A stretch of 64,000 nucleotides of DNA. Source: Lama glama. Taxonomy: Eukaryota. Shown one piece after another: positions 23,870 through 35,528 of this stretch; position 1 is the stretch's first letter, and every line of letters begins with the position of its first letter. The stretch covers positions 41,976,001 through 42,040,000 of the forward strand of contig CM052816.1 of the NCBI GenBank assembly GCA_028534125.1, written 5' to 3'. The notes under the pieces are model-generated. The model was given only the letters and a program-made list of their open reading frames with translations. It was not told the origin of the DNA and did not search any database. The translations under genes and the position numbers were made by a program.

Positions 23870-24422
23870 TGGTCTTTTTTTTTCTTTTTTTTTAATTGAA
23901 GTATAGTCAGTTACAATGTGTCTCTCGTGTACAGCACAAAGTCCCAGTCATGCATATATATACATGTATTCATTTTCATTAAAGAGTATTACAAGATACT
24001 GAATATAGTTCCCTCTGCTATACAGAAGAAATTTGGTTTTTTATCTGTTTTTATATATAGTGGTTAACATTTGCAAATCTCAAACACCCAAATTTATCCC
24101 TTCCGACCCCCTTTACCCTGGTTACCACAAGATTGTATACTATGTCTGCAAGTCTGTTTCTGTTTTGTAGATGAGTTCATCAGTGTCCCCTTTTTTTCTT
24201 TTTTTGAGATTCCACATATGAGTGATATCATATAGCATTTTTCTTTCTTTCTGGCTTACTTCACTTAGAATGACGATCTCCGGGTCCATCCATGTTGCTG
24301 CCAATGGCATTATTTTATTATTTTTATTGCTGAGTAATATTCCATTGTATAAATATACCACAACTTCTTTATCTAGTCATCTGTGGATAGACATTTAGGT
24401 TGTTTCCATGTCTTGGCTGTTG
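23838..24422 (-). mobile_element. Young camelid-type L1, 5'-truncated, with 13-bp TSD
   Basis: ORF 24140-24361 gives the ORF2 C-terminus (IMPLAATWMDPEIVILSEVSQKE). TSD ctgactattcctt (23825-23837) / ctaactattcctt (24423-24435). Confidence 0.92.
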
Positions 24423-24685
24423 CTAACTATTCCTTTTGATCTTTTCAATTTTATCATGTAGCTCAATGTCGGACTCATTGCCACATCACAGAAATGTGAA
24501 TGGAGCAAGTTGGAGAGTTAGTGACATTCAGAAAGTAAAGAATAGTAATGCATTTGGTATTTTCTTTCGAAGGATGTCAAAAGATACTGTAAAGAATCTG
24601 TTTGATTCTAAGTCTTAATCCTATGAAAACAAATCCTACAATATTGACTAGCCCCCCTCCCCCTTTTTTAACCTTCCTTAAGAGT

Positions 24686-24946
24686 AGAGGGTGGGAAGGG
24701 ATAGACTGGGATTTCAAAATTGTAGAATAGATAAACAAGATTATACTGTATAGCACAGGGAAATATACACAAAATGTTATGATAAATCACAGAGAAAAAA
24801 ATGTGACAATGAGTGTGTATATGTCCACGAATGACTGAAAAATTGTGCTGAACACTGGAATTTGACACAACACTGTAAAATGATTATGAATCAATAAAAA
24901 ATGTAAAAAAAAATAATACAGCACAATTGCAAAAAGAGAAAAAAAA
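24686..24946 (+). mobile_element. Young L1 3' UTR fragment with poly(A)
   Basis: gggtgggaagggatagactggga...ctgtatagcacagggaaatatac...aataaaaaatgtaaaaaaaaa. Possible 6-bp TSD aagagt (24680-24685, 24947-24952) at a TT/AAGA site. Confidence 0.85.
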
Positions 24947-25294
24947 AAGAGTTTTCTCCTTGAAACAAATGTTTGATGATCTCAGATACCTCTGTGTTCT
25001 GTCTGACTTTGAAGAATTCTTCTAGGCCCAGATGCAGAGGTGGATTTAGACATCCTTTTTTTAGTCAGATTGGTTCCTGATGAGCTTCTCTCATTAAAAA
25101 ATGTGGTCTTGTGTTCCCAAATTCAAGGAATGAATTAATGGCAGGCTTTGATTTTCTCAGCATTCATAGCTTTAGAGTACCTTCCGTTGGAATCATACAT
25201 ACCTGTTTCCCAAACTCCATACTGGACTTAAAAAGAATTAAAAGAACTGTTCCCAAGCATTAGATAAAATAATGAGTTGGAGGAGATGCGACTT

Positions 25295-25435
25295 TAGACT
25301 AGGAGAGAGATGCTTTTACTGTGTGTCCTGGCCAAACCACTGATAACTGTGCAGGATTAACTTTCTGGGGTTCAGTTTCTTCCTTCTGATACTGACAGTC
25401 CTTGATCAGTCATCTTCCAATATTTAACTTCTGTA
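25295..25435 (+). mobile_element. MIR fragment
   Basis: ctgtgtgtcctggccaaaccact...ttaactttctggggttcagtttcttccttctg. Confidence 0.5.
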
Positions 25436-25737
25436 ATTAATGATCAATTAAAACAGCTTACATTTGCTAATTTACTAAAATAAGAATTGCTGAAGTTCCA
25501 AAGAAAGCAGTCAAGATAATACCTACCTTGACAAATGAGGAAAAGATTTTCATGACAAAATATTCAATCATAAAAAGGTTGAGAGAATGATCTTTAATAC
25601 AGCAACTTGGCCTCCTGCTACTCAGTGTGAAATTTTATATACTTTGCCAAATTTTATTTTTGGAACAAAAGATAATAACTCAAGGTTCTGATTTCAAGAC
25701 ACTTTAATTTTTATTTTTATGAGAATGAACACAATTT

Positions 25738-26128
25738 TTTATTGACATATAGTTGATTTACAATATTAGTTTCAGGGGTCCAGCAAAATGATTTGATTAT
25801 ATATATATATATTTTTTTTTCTTCTTCAGATTCTTTTTCATTATAGATTACTACAAGATATTGAATATAGTTTCCTATGCTATACAGTAAATCCTTGTTA
25901 TTTATTTTATGTATACTAATGTATATCTGTGAATCCTAACTCCTAATTTATCCCCACCATTCTTTCCCTTTTGTAAAATAAGTTTGTTTTCTATGTCTGT
26001 GAGTCTGTTTCTGTTTTAAAAATAAGTTTATTTGTTTTATTTTTCAGATTCCACATATAAGTTATGTAATGTAATACTTGTCTTTTGCTATCTGACTTAC
26101 TTCACTCAGTATGATAATCTCTAGGTCC
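25738..26128 (-). mobile_element. Artiodactyl-type L1 3' end with diverged TSD of about 19 bp
   Basis: attgacatatagttgatttacaatattagtttcagg...caagatattgaatatagtttcctatgctatacagta...tctctaggtccat. TSD atgagaatgaacacaattt (25719-25737) / atgagaataaatacatttt (26129-26147), 3 mismatches. Confidence 0.9.
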
Positions 26129-27079
26129 ATGAGAATAAATACATTTTGATTGAGAACTGTTTCTTTTTTTGGCTTGAAAAGCAGGAATTAATTTTTATTT
26201 AAATAATATCTGTGTGGATAATGGTATTTTCAATTAAGGAAATCATTTGGTGAAGGCTTTAGTTTCTGTACCTCAACCAGAATACAATCAAATGCATATT
26301 TTTGGATGTGTTTATTGGCATTCTTTAACTTATTGTATTGATATAAAAACTACCAGAAGCTTTAATTTTTTTTGAGAAAACAATCAATAAAAGAAAAGCA
26401 TGCAGGGCATGGATGATGTCTGCTATGTCCAGTACTTCTCCCCCACACACTCCTTTGCTTTGGTTTCAATGATCTGGGGAACTGACAGACTTACTGCTGA
26501 AAATGCCATATCCCTCACCCTAGGTACTCATCATGCCTGCGAATTCTTTACATTCTCCACCCAACATTATTTTTGTCAGAGTGTGGGAGATCTAATATCA
26601 ACATCAGTGCAAGGCTTATAACCAGTTGCTTTCAAGGAGAAAAATCATTTTTTCATTTTATGGCATGCATGATGTTTAGGTATGAAAGACTGGCAGCTGT
26701 TACATTGAGCTATAGACTCTGGATTTCTCTTCAAGTTTCCAGAAATTATATCTTTTCTTTCTCATCCAAATTTCAGCCAGCATATCAAATTGCCTAGCAA
26801 TTTTGGGGATAGGTGTTTTAAAAAATAGTTTATTGTTTGCTTTTGATTTCAGATAGTTTTACTGTTTCTTGGATATAGAGGAGATACAATTTCTCTAGAT
26901 TCCCATAATTCTATCATTTGGAGAATATGAATTAGATACATGCTGTTTAATAATCTGAGTAAGACGTTGGGACAATATCAATATATATAAAGGGAAAAGG
27001 TTTTGAAATTTTTTGAGTATGTACTCTATTTTGGGCTAAGTTTTGTCTGTTTTTAACCAACATGTTTCATTGAATTTTC

Positions 27080-27250
27080 TAAACAAATCTTATGAGAAAG
27101 GTTTAATGTTATTCCTTTTTACACACAATGCTGAGAAACTAAGAGAGGTTTAAGCAACCTGCTTATGGTCACTTCACTTCTAATAAATGAGGAATCAGGA
27201 TTCAAACTTGAATATGGCTCCAAAGTCTGTGCTTTTAGTAATTCTGTGCT
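27080..27250 (-). mobile_element. MIR SINE
   Basis: gagaaactaagagaggtttaagcaacctgcttatggtcac...caggattcaaact. Confidence 0.75.
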
Positions 27251-27899
27251 GCTTTCCTCTAGAAATTTATGGGCCTGTGGGAAAAGTGAACATACAGATA
27301 TCCGAACAGTGCTGAAAAATACAATATGGACTAAAAGTCCATCTGAAGAGTAGAAAATAATCATTTTTAAAGTCTGTTTCATGAAACACAAGAATCTTAG
27401 GAAGATAATTCAAAGGGCATACAAATGTTTAGGTTAAATTTCATGGATGTTGAAGTTTTTATGAGACCCTATCTGTCATCAAATAATCTCTGATTCCAAT
27501 TTTTGTGATCATCAAATTCATCCTCATTGATTGATTTTCTAATGAGGAAATAATTTAAATTTAGACATACCAATAAAATTATATGACTACGTAAACACCT
27601 TATTTCACTTTTCTTATACTTTTATCATAAAAATGTTAAAGAAAATAAGACTACTCCAATGTAATAGTTTTTACTTTGCATATATTCCTCTGGTATTCCT
27701 TAACATGAATATTCATTTTAGCTGTAATCAGAGTGCATATGTAATTTACTATACTGCTTTTTGCACATGGCATCACAAAATATATTCTTAGCTTATTAAA
27801 ATTTAAACTAAAAGATTGGATGATGTTTCTAAGAGAGAATAATAAATGTGGTACTCTCACAGAATGCACTTTTAACATTTATGATTTAGATTCTTATGT

Positions 27900-29200
27900 T
27901 GGATTTCTTTTTGCTTTAAAAATATTTTTTAAATATACAAAGCTATAAAGAATAAAAGAAAAGCAGCCTGTATTCTCCTCTGTTGGATACTCTCTAGTGA
28001 CTTTAAAGTTAATAAAATATCAACCATTGCTGATTAGAAAGTTCATGTATTTAAGAAAGGTATAAAATGATGAGGAAAAAAAAACTGCCTTGCATTTTTA
28101 CACCTGTCTGCAAAAGTAAGCACAGCTAAATTGCTATTTATTCTTCCAGATAAAAACAAGCACATATCACTATGTCCTTTTATTTACGCAAAAGTGAGCA
28201 TGTACATATCCTGTTCTATGCATTGACTCTTTCACTTAATAACAGTTTTTAGGGTTCTTTCCACATGTCACCAATAGTTGTCACATTTTTGAAGGCTTCA
28301 TTTTGCATAATATTCCATTATATAAAAGTTTCTTATTTAAACAACCCCCTAAAATGAATCATTTTCCCCATTTATTCACTCTCATAGTAGATTTATGTTG
28401 TGCAATAAAAAAGCTATAATCAGTATCCTTGCACATATGTCTCATTATTATGTTTCTATTAAATCTACGTGGTAAATTTTACAAGTTTAGTTGCTGGATT
28501 AAAGGTGTTGGCATTTAAAATTTTGGTGAATATTGCTAAATTGTTCTGCACATATGTTACAGCAATTTTCCCCCCAAATTTGTGAACAGCAACAGCTAAC
28601 CTTCCATAGTGCTTTGTGCCAGGCACTTACTATTTACAGTATTGGACATACATTAATTCATTTTTCCTCACATAACTCATAACCCTGTGAGTTAGATACT
28701 GTATCACTACCCACATTTTGTAAATATTGAACTGAGGCACAATAGACTGGCTAAATCACTTAGCCAAGATCATTTGGCTAGTAAATAACAGTGCCAGAGA
28801 ATCAACTCAGGCAGTCCAGCTCCAGGATCTGTGCTCTTAATCCCTCTCACATATTGCTTAATAGTGCAGGAAAGGGTAGATGTTACCAACTTTTAAATTT
28901 TGATAATGATAAGTGAAAACTGTAGGTCATTTTGAGTTACATCTTTCTTTAATTAGTGAAATTAAGTATATTTCGTGTTTTATTTATCACATCTATTTCT
29001 TTTCTTGTACACTGCTTTGTCATATATTTGCATAGTTTTATATTGGGTTACTCAAGTTTCTTAGTAATTCTTACAAACTCTTAATTAAAAAAATAGTAGT
29101 ACTTTGTCATATAGGTTGCAGTGAATTTTTCAGAGAAAAGTTTTATGTTTTTATACATTTAAATTGATTGATTTTTGGTTTTAGATTTTATGTTCTTCTT
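27900..29200 (-). mobile_element. Old L1ME-like remnant interrupted by a MIR
   Basis: ctttcacttaataac...ttgctggattaaaggtg...tattgctaaattgttc...ttctttaattagtgaaattaag resemble antisense L1M 3' sequence. Confidence 0.55.
28585..28858 (-). mobile_element. MIR SINE, near full length
   Basis: tttgtgccaggcact...aaccctgtgagttagatact...aactgaggcac...ccaagatcat...caggcagtccagctccagg. Confidence 0.9.
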
Positions 29201-30499
29201 GAACATCTTATTTTAATTGTTTCTGTTGTAAGAATTATAAGAATTCAGAGGAGGGAGAAATGATTTCTGGCTTTCGTAATGAGAAAGGTTGTATTTAAGA
29301 TAATCCTTTAAGGCTGGTAAGATTTTTGTAAACTGAGAATAGCTGAGAGAGGAAGGGCCTATGTTGGAAAGACCATATATAGATAAGAAAATAGAGCAAT
29401 CTGCTTCCAGCTAACTGAGTGAATAGAAGGAACTGATCCCTGATTGATTATAGCTACTGTCTTCATGTGCACTGTCTCTAGACACACAGATCTGAGGCCC
29501 TGCTGTTGCCCACTTTTATTGGTCTCATTTGTCTAGGAATGTAAGGCCAGAGACTGGGAAATGTACAGAAATAAGATGCAGAATTTAGTCCATGAAGGCT
29601 AAGAAAATCTCTACGATCTTTGCTTGTGACCTGGAAGATACCTAGGTCTGTTGATGAAATACCTGAAGTTTTTTTCCTTAATCAATTTGCCCCTAAACAA
29701 GTACCAAGAACAGAGAACATCATTTGATATAGAATTAGAATCCTCATGTAAAAATGTTAATAGCCAGATAAAGTAACTTTCCTGTACTATGTGTATTGGT
29801 TTATAGATGAAGAGACAGCATCGTTTGGGAATTTTTCCTACTCTGACATTTGTTGATTTTAATATCCATAACTGGTTTCTAGCAAGCTGCCTTCTTCTCC
29901 ATATCTGAAAAATAAAGAAATAAAAGATTAGGAGACCATTACTTGTTTTAACAATTTGTAAAAGCCCTACTATTACAACATTGAGTGAATTTAGATACAA
30001 GGCAAAAATTGGCCTCATCTGTCCAAGCCCTACTATTGTGTTTTACCAATTATAGTTTATAGGAAAAATTAGATGAAGAAAATATTTGACAGTGATGAAG
30101 CAGCTGACAAAGGGAAAATGAACATAGTTAAATTCTAAGAGCATCTTGTTTTTTCTGGTATTTATTCATAAATTCTGTTTTGTTTCCTTTGCTTTTTTTT
30201 CTCTCTGTCTTCTTATTATTCCTAATTTCCCTTTTTCTTCTCCAATTATATGAAGTATTAATTAAGACAATTTTTCCCTAAGAGATGGAGGCAATGGATA
30301 ATTGTTATTAAAATTATACTTTTTTCCATTTTAAACTTTCTCTGAGAATTGACACAGGTTTGAGTTAGTTCTAAGTTTTACTGGACAGATCTTTATACAA
30401 AACATTCATACACAATTCTCTAATAGGAAAAAGGCATCAAACAAAAGTCCAGAAACATAGAAGATAGATAGAAAAGATTCTGTTGCATCCATGAAAGAA

Positions 30500-30945
30500 G
30501 TGTATTTAATTGGAAAAAAGCAGATGTGCACCAATCCAGGCTACTCTGCAGCCCTGTTCAAATTGAACAGCTTTACTGAGGTGTTGACGCTGGCCCTGGG
30601 GAGTTCCTACTCTGCGTGTGGAGCCAGTTACAAATGTGTTTTCAGTCAAACACAATTACTGGAGAACACAAACATAATGTTTGCCATCCAAGACCTTTGC
30701 AACATGAAACCCCAGATTACCTTGCACTGAAGACCTTTCCAGTGAAGATCAGTTTGAAAAGATTTTGTGGGAAAGACTGTTTAGCTAACCGACAGAGGGA
30801 TCTGACTCCTGATCTAGCTGGCAGCCTATCTTTCTCACAAGCACCAGCCACAGTTATTACATGTTTTCCTCATTAGTATGACAGAGATTAGCCAAGATAA
30901 AGAGGAGGGTGTTATCTCTATCTTTACTGTCAGTGCTATGTTTAA
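30500..30945. promoter_or_regulatory. Candidate enhancer with a GATA and MEIS motif cluster
   Basis: WGATAR at 30826, 30895, 30912 and 30918; TGACAG 30879 and CTGTCA 30927; non-repetitive sequence. Confidence 0.4.
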
Positions 30946-31393
30946 TATTTTGGGACAGAGGATGAGGTTTATTTTCCAAGGAGGGATTTATACCATAATG
31001 AACTTAATCTCTGTTTAGTAAGGTTTTTGTTCTTTTGTGTTCACTGTAATGTGGAAGTAATTTCAATATGCCTACACAGTGGTCCCCACTGGCTCACACC
31101 ACAGTAAGGTATGTGTCGGCGGTGCTTCAGCCAGCGTCACACAGTGGAACACATCGTCTCTGGTTGCATGTGGCTGACTACCTGTGCAGATTGGGTTTAA
31201 ACTGTTAGAGCATTTCTTCCCCATCTGATAAGGCCTGATACAACTGGGTTTCATTGTATTAATAGTTTACTAATCTCTATAAAATCAGACTCTTTCCAGA
31301 AATACTCTGTGATTTTTACCCTACTTCATATTACTTATATAATATGTACAGATTAATTTCCTTATTAAGACAATTAGTATGCTTGCCTTTGAA

Positions 31394-31448
<55 letters not shown>

Positions 31449-31457
31449 TACACACAT
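31394..31457. repeat. Compound (TA)n(CA)n microsatellite
   Basis: Directly visible, about (TA)9(CA)16. Confidence 0.95.
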
Positions 31458-31599
31458 AAAAACATATATATTGTGGAACAAAGGTAAGTATCTTAGTAGA
31501 TCCTAATGTTGAATTTGTTGAAATTTTCAAAATATGGAAATTACTAAAAAGACCATCATTAAAAACTTAGGAATTCCATTAAAAATGATACTGCAGAGT

Positions 31600-31770
31600 G
31601 AGTTCACTGTTTTGCATGTCAGGAGATCTAAGATCTTGTCCTAGTCAAATATTGGTTCTATGACATAGAGTAAGTCACTTAAACTCTCTGAGCCTTCATT
31701 TCTACTGTGTAAAATAAGACAGTTGAACTAGCTTATCTCTAAGCCGTTCTCCAGGGATAAAGTGCAGTGA
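31600..31770 (+). mobile_element. MIR (MIRc/MIR3-like)
   Basis: gtcaggagatctaag...gtaagtcacttaaactctctgagcctt...gtaaaataagacagttgaactagcttatctctaag. Confidence 0.75.
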
Positions 31771-32071
31771 TCACAACTGAAAGGATCCATTAATGAACTT
31801 CCCATACAGAAGTTCCCAAGTTGAAGAACTGTAATGCTTCTAGAGGAACACTGTACTACTGAGAATTATTTGTAACACTACAGGACTCAGGAGAAGGACT
31901 GGGTACAGGAAAAATTTATTTTTATTTGCACTTCATTATTTGTCAACATTTATTGAACTTTGCAGGGGCTTTCTTTCTCTCTGATCCTGAACTATGTATT
32001 TTTTTGGGTACGTGATATAAAATCCATGTCCCTAAATACAGTTCCATAAAATCTCTATAGCTTATTTAAGA

Positions 32072-32622
32072 CTGTTTGAGTTACCTATTTCTGTACAACA
32101 ATCTACCCTCAAATTTAGTACCTTAAAATGACAATCATTTTGCTCACAATTCTGAGGGTCAGGAACACGAGAGTAGCTCACTTCTGCTCCAGGGTGTCAA
32201 GGGTCTCATTTGGGATAGCTCAAACAGCTGTGCACTGGCTGGGATTCCTTACATGTTGACGATGTGTTCGTGACCTTAGTTCTTGCAGTTGGCTGAGGTC
32301 TGTCACTCCCTTGGCTTTAGCTGATAGCTGCGCTGATTGGAAAAGCCAAGAAGGCTTCTCTCATATGTCTGGAGACTCAGTGCTTCCTCCTGTGGCCATT
32401 CTCTCACTCTGTGTAGCTAGAGTGGGCTTCTCACTGCATGGAAGTCTTAGTCCTACATGTTGACTGCCTTCCAAGAAGGAGGAGACAGAAGGCACCAATC
32501 TTGCTAAAGATAGGCTAGAACTAACATAATGTCACTCCCACTTTGGTTAGTATAGCCAGATTCAGTGAGTGAAGAAGTGATCTCCACCTCTGGATGGTGG
32601 GGGCAGTCAAGAGTCTGCTACA
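32072..32622 (-). mobile_element. MLT1 (F/G/H-like) solo LTR
   Basis: agttacctatttctgtacaacaatctaccctcaaatttagtaccttaaaa...tttgctcacaattctgagggtcagga...agccagattca...ctccacctctggatgg. Confidence 0.75.
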
Positions 32623-32960
32623 GTAACTACTCCTGATTATTTATTCCTCTAGAGGCAGATTTGTTTGGATTTTGTCACCAATGTGGATATCTGCTCCTTT
32701 TTAGTTATTGGCAAGTTTAAATATCCAAATTTTTTCCCAAAGGGATATTAAGCCGGAATTGGGGTATAACTAATATTCAGTAGGCCAAACACATGCCTGG
32801 CTTGCAGAATTGCCCTCAACAGCTCAATACAAGCACCAGAATGAAAGTGCTTTCTGCATTAGAAATCTGTACTTTGACCCCCAAGTTGAGATCATCTCAT
32901 TTGGAAAAACTCTGAAGCCTCACTATTGATGGACAAATAATTAATTCTATAGAAACCTAG

Positions 32961-33364
32961 TGTATTAGTTTGCTAAGGATGCCATAAAAACGTACCACAA
33001 ACTGGATGGCTTAAACAGAAAGTGATTTTCTCACAGTTCTGGAGGCTGAAATTCTGAGATCAAGTTGTGGGCAGAATTGGTTTCTTTTGAGGGCCATGAG
33101 GAAAGAGTCTGTCCCGAGTCTCTTTCTTTGTCTTATAGATGATCATCTTCTTTCTGTGTCATCACATTGTCTTCCCTCTATGCTTGTCTATGTCAAAATA
33201 TCCTCTTCTTATAAGGATGTCAGTCATATTGGATTAGGGCCCACCATAACAACCTAATTTTAACTTCATTGTCTGTTTAAAGACCTTGTCTCTAAATTCT
33301 GAGGTACTGGGGATTAGGATTTCAACATACGAATTTTGAGGAGGAGAGAATTCAAACCATAACA
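32961..33364 (-). mobile_element. MLT1B-like solo LTR
   Basis: tgtattagtttgctaagg...ctcacagttctggaggctg...ttcaaaccataaca; 404 bp; flanks cctag/cccag (4/5 TSD). Confidence 0.9.
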
Positions 33365-33771
33365 CCCAGATACACTATACTAGCTATCTCTTCCAAGCAC
33401 CCTTACCTGTGCCCAGTACGTTAGCCTCAAAATAGCTATATAGGGAGTGATAGACAGGGAGGGGAAGGAAAAGGGAAAGGGAGAATTTAAATTATGGCCC
33501 TACAAATAGACCTCACACTGGAGCAAATCTTAAACCATTCTACCAGAACCTTTTGTTTATAAAACATTGTTTTGAAGGTTGAAAGGATGTTCCCTTTTGT
33601 TTCTTTTAAGTCCACTTTACCTGCTAGTTAAAATCAATATGACATGTTTGACTTACTTGATTTTCTGAGTTTATTTGCCAGTGAATTATTTGTTTTCATA
33701 TTACAGAGTAGCTCGGCTGTGCTTCATTTCACTCTGAAATCATGCCTGACAAGCGATTGTCTGATACTCAC

Positions 33772-33886
33772 CAGGCTGCGTATGTGTGCAGGCTGGCAAA
33801 GGATGCCCACGGCACAGATGAGCTGCCTTATGTGCAGTCAGCTTGCTTTGTCCTCCTCACTGTCAGATCTTCTCAAAGCTCCTGTC
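33772..33886 (-). other. Candidate non-coding internal exon (115 nt)
   Basis: Minus strand: cctttaattctgtatatcattctgatttctctAG|GACAGG ... GCAGCCTG|GTGAGT. Stops in all three frames, no ATG, GC-richer than the flanks. Confidence 0.4.
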
Positions 33887-34999
33887 CTAGAGAAATCAGA
33901 ATGATATACAGAATTAAAGGATAATGGATTGGGGATGATGTTCAGCATCTTAATTAGGGACTTTTGGCAGGATATAATCATACATTTTGGTTGGATATTA
34001 TAATTAGGAGACTATTAGAATATTCAAAGGAGAAAGATGCTTTAGTGATTCTGTAGCTAGCAAAATCCATTATTGTAGAGAATGTAAAACAAACACATAA
34101 ATCAGACAATGTTTTGTAAAATAAACTTCCCAAGGTTTATCAGTTTCTTACTATAGAAGTTTGCTTCCAATTTACTGCAAATACTTAAAGCATGATTTAT
34201 ATATTTAGAAAAAAGTTATTGATTATTTTGTTGGTCTTTTGAGTCCTCCTTTGTTCCAAGATCTATCAATAGATTGATTAATTTAATGGAAACCTGGAAA
34301 CTGAATGAATTCACTTTAAGCACATTTTTTGGTAGGGTGCTGCATTTTCTTAAATGAAGCTCTTGCTCCGACATTAATAGGACATCTACTTAATTTTTTT
34401 CCTTAGTAAAAATGAGTTTTTACTCTTATTCCACACTCCATAACTTAAGCCATCTGTAGATAATAATACATATCTGTTAAATAGATTCTGGGATGAGGGG
34501 TGGAGTGTGACAATAACTGCTTAAAGTGACGATTGAGCACATGAACCATAACCTCAGCTTTGTAGCACTGTCTTAAAATGGGCCATAGGACTAAACTGCT
34601 TGAATACGGCTCTGGATTGTATTTTCTAAGTGGTATTGTTTTACAACCCAGTAAACGATTTGCAATCATTATGACTTTAGAAAACAAAAACTCTTAAATA
34701 TAAGGCAGTTATAGGAGGATTAGAAAACAAAATTTATTGGGGAAATAGTTATTTTAAACTTTTATTTTGTTATCTAATAAGCAGCATGATGAATAAGCCT
34801 AAGTGTTAAAAGTCAGTGAAAAATGAATATATTTTGACAACCAGGCTTTCAATAGAGGGAGACTAAGAACTGAACTCCCTGTCAGAATGGGTTGGGTTTA
34901 TATACCTTGTAAATAATTTCAGAGCAGACTAGAGACAGATTGACACCCTGAAAACCTTGCAGAATTAATCTTTCATGACAGTATTTGAAGAGTGCCATC

Positions 35000-35225
35000 A
35001 CTGTCATTCTTTCAGCAAATAGTCACCGAGCTGTGACAAGCACAGTGCTTGGGGCTGTGGATAATGCAGTGCTATATAAGATAGATTCTGACATCAGGAA
35101 CTATGGGGTTTGTGTCACTTATTCAGCAAACATTAATTGAACACTATGTATACAGTAGACACTATGCTAAGAATGCCCTGGGGATTAGTTTATGATACAG
35201 TTTTGTCCTCAGGGATTTACCTAAC
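35000..35225 (-). mobile_element. Two L2 3'-tail fragments
   Basis: cattctttcagcaaatagtcaccgagc...aagcacagtgcttggggctgtggata and attcagcaaacattaattgaacactatg...gacactatgctaag. Confidence 0.6.
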
Positions 35226-35375
35226 TGCTTCACCTAACAATTTCTGGGACTTCCAGAACTAGGTTTATATGTATTCAAAGAAGACATTAGCTAATTGAAG
35301 AGAAACTTTCTGCAGTATTATTTCCTAGCCCTCGAGCAATCCATGTCTTCTTTCCCATTTCCCTTCTATATTCTT

Positions 35376-35528
35376 TTTTCTTAATATTGATTGTATTTTA
35401 TTTTGGTTTTCTTTTGTTGGGGGAGGGTGGGTAATTAGGTTTATTTATTTATTTTTTAATGGAAGTACTGTGGAATGATCCTAGGACTTCATGCATGCTA
35501 AGCACACACTGAGCTATACCCTCCGCCA
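35376..35528 (-). mobile_element. Camelid Vic-1-like SINE with perfect 14-bp TSD
   Basis: ggtaattaggtttatttatt...ggaagtactgtggaatgatcctaggacttcatgcatgctaagcacacactgagctataccctcc. TSD ccttctatattctt at 35362-35375 and 35529-35542. Confidence 0.92.

Noticed and set aside
33644..33924. Plus-strand ORFs 33644-33904 and 33742-33924 as coding exons
   Set aside because: No recognisable homology; the minus-strand splice-site pair explains the segment better.
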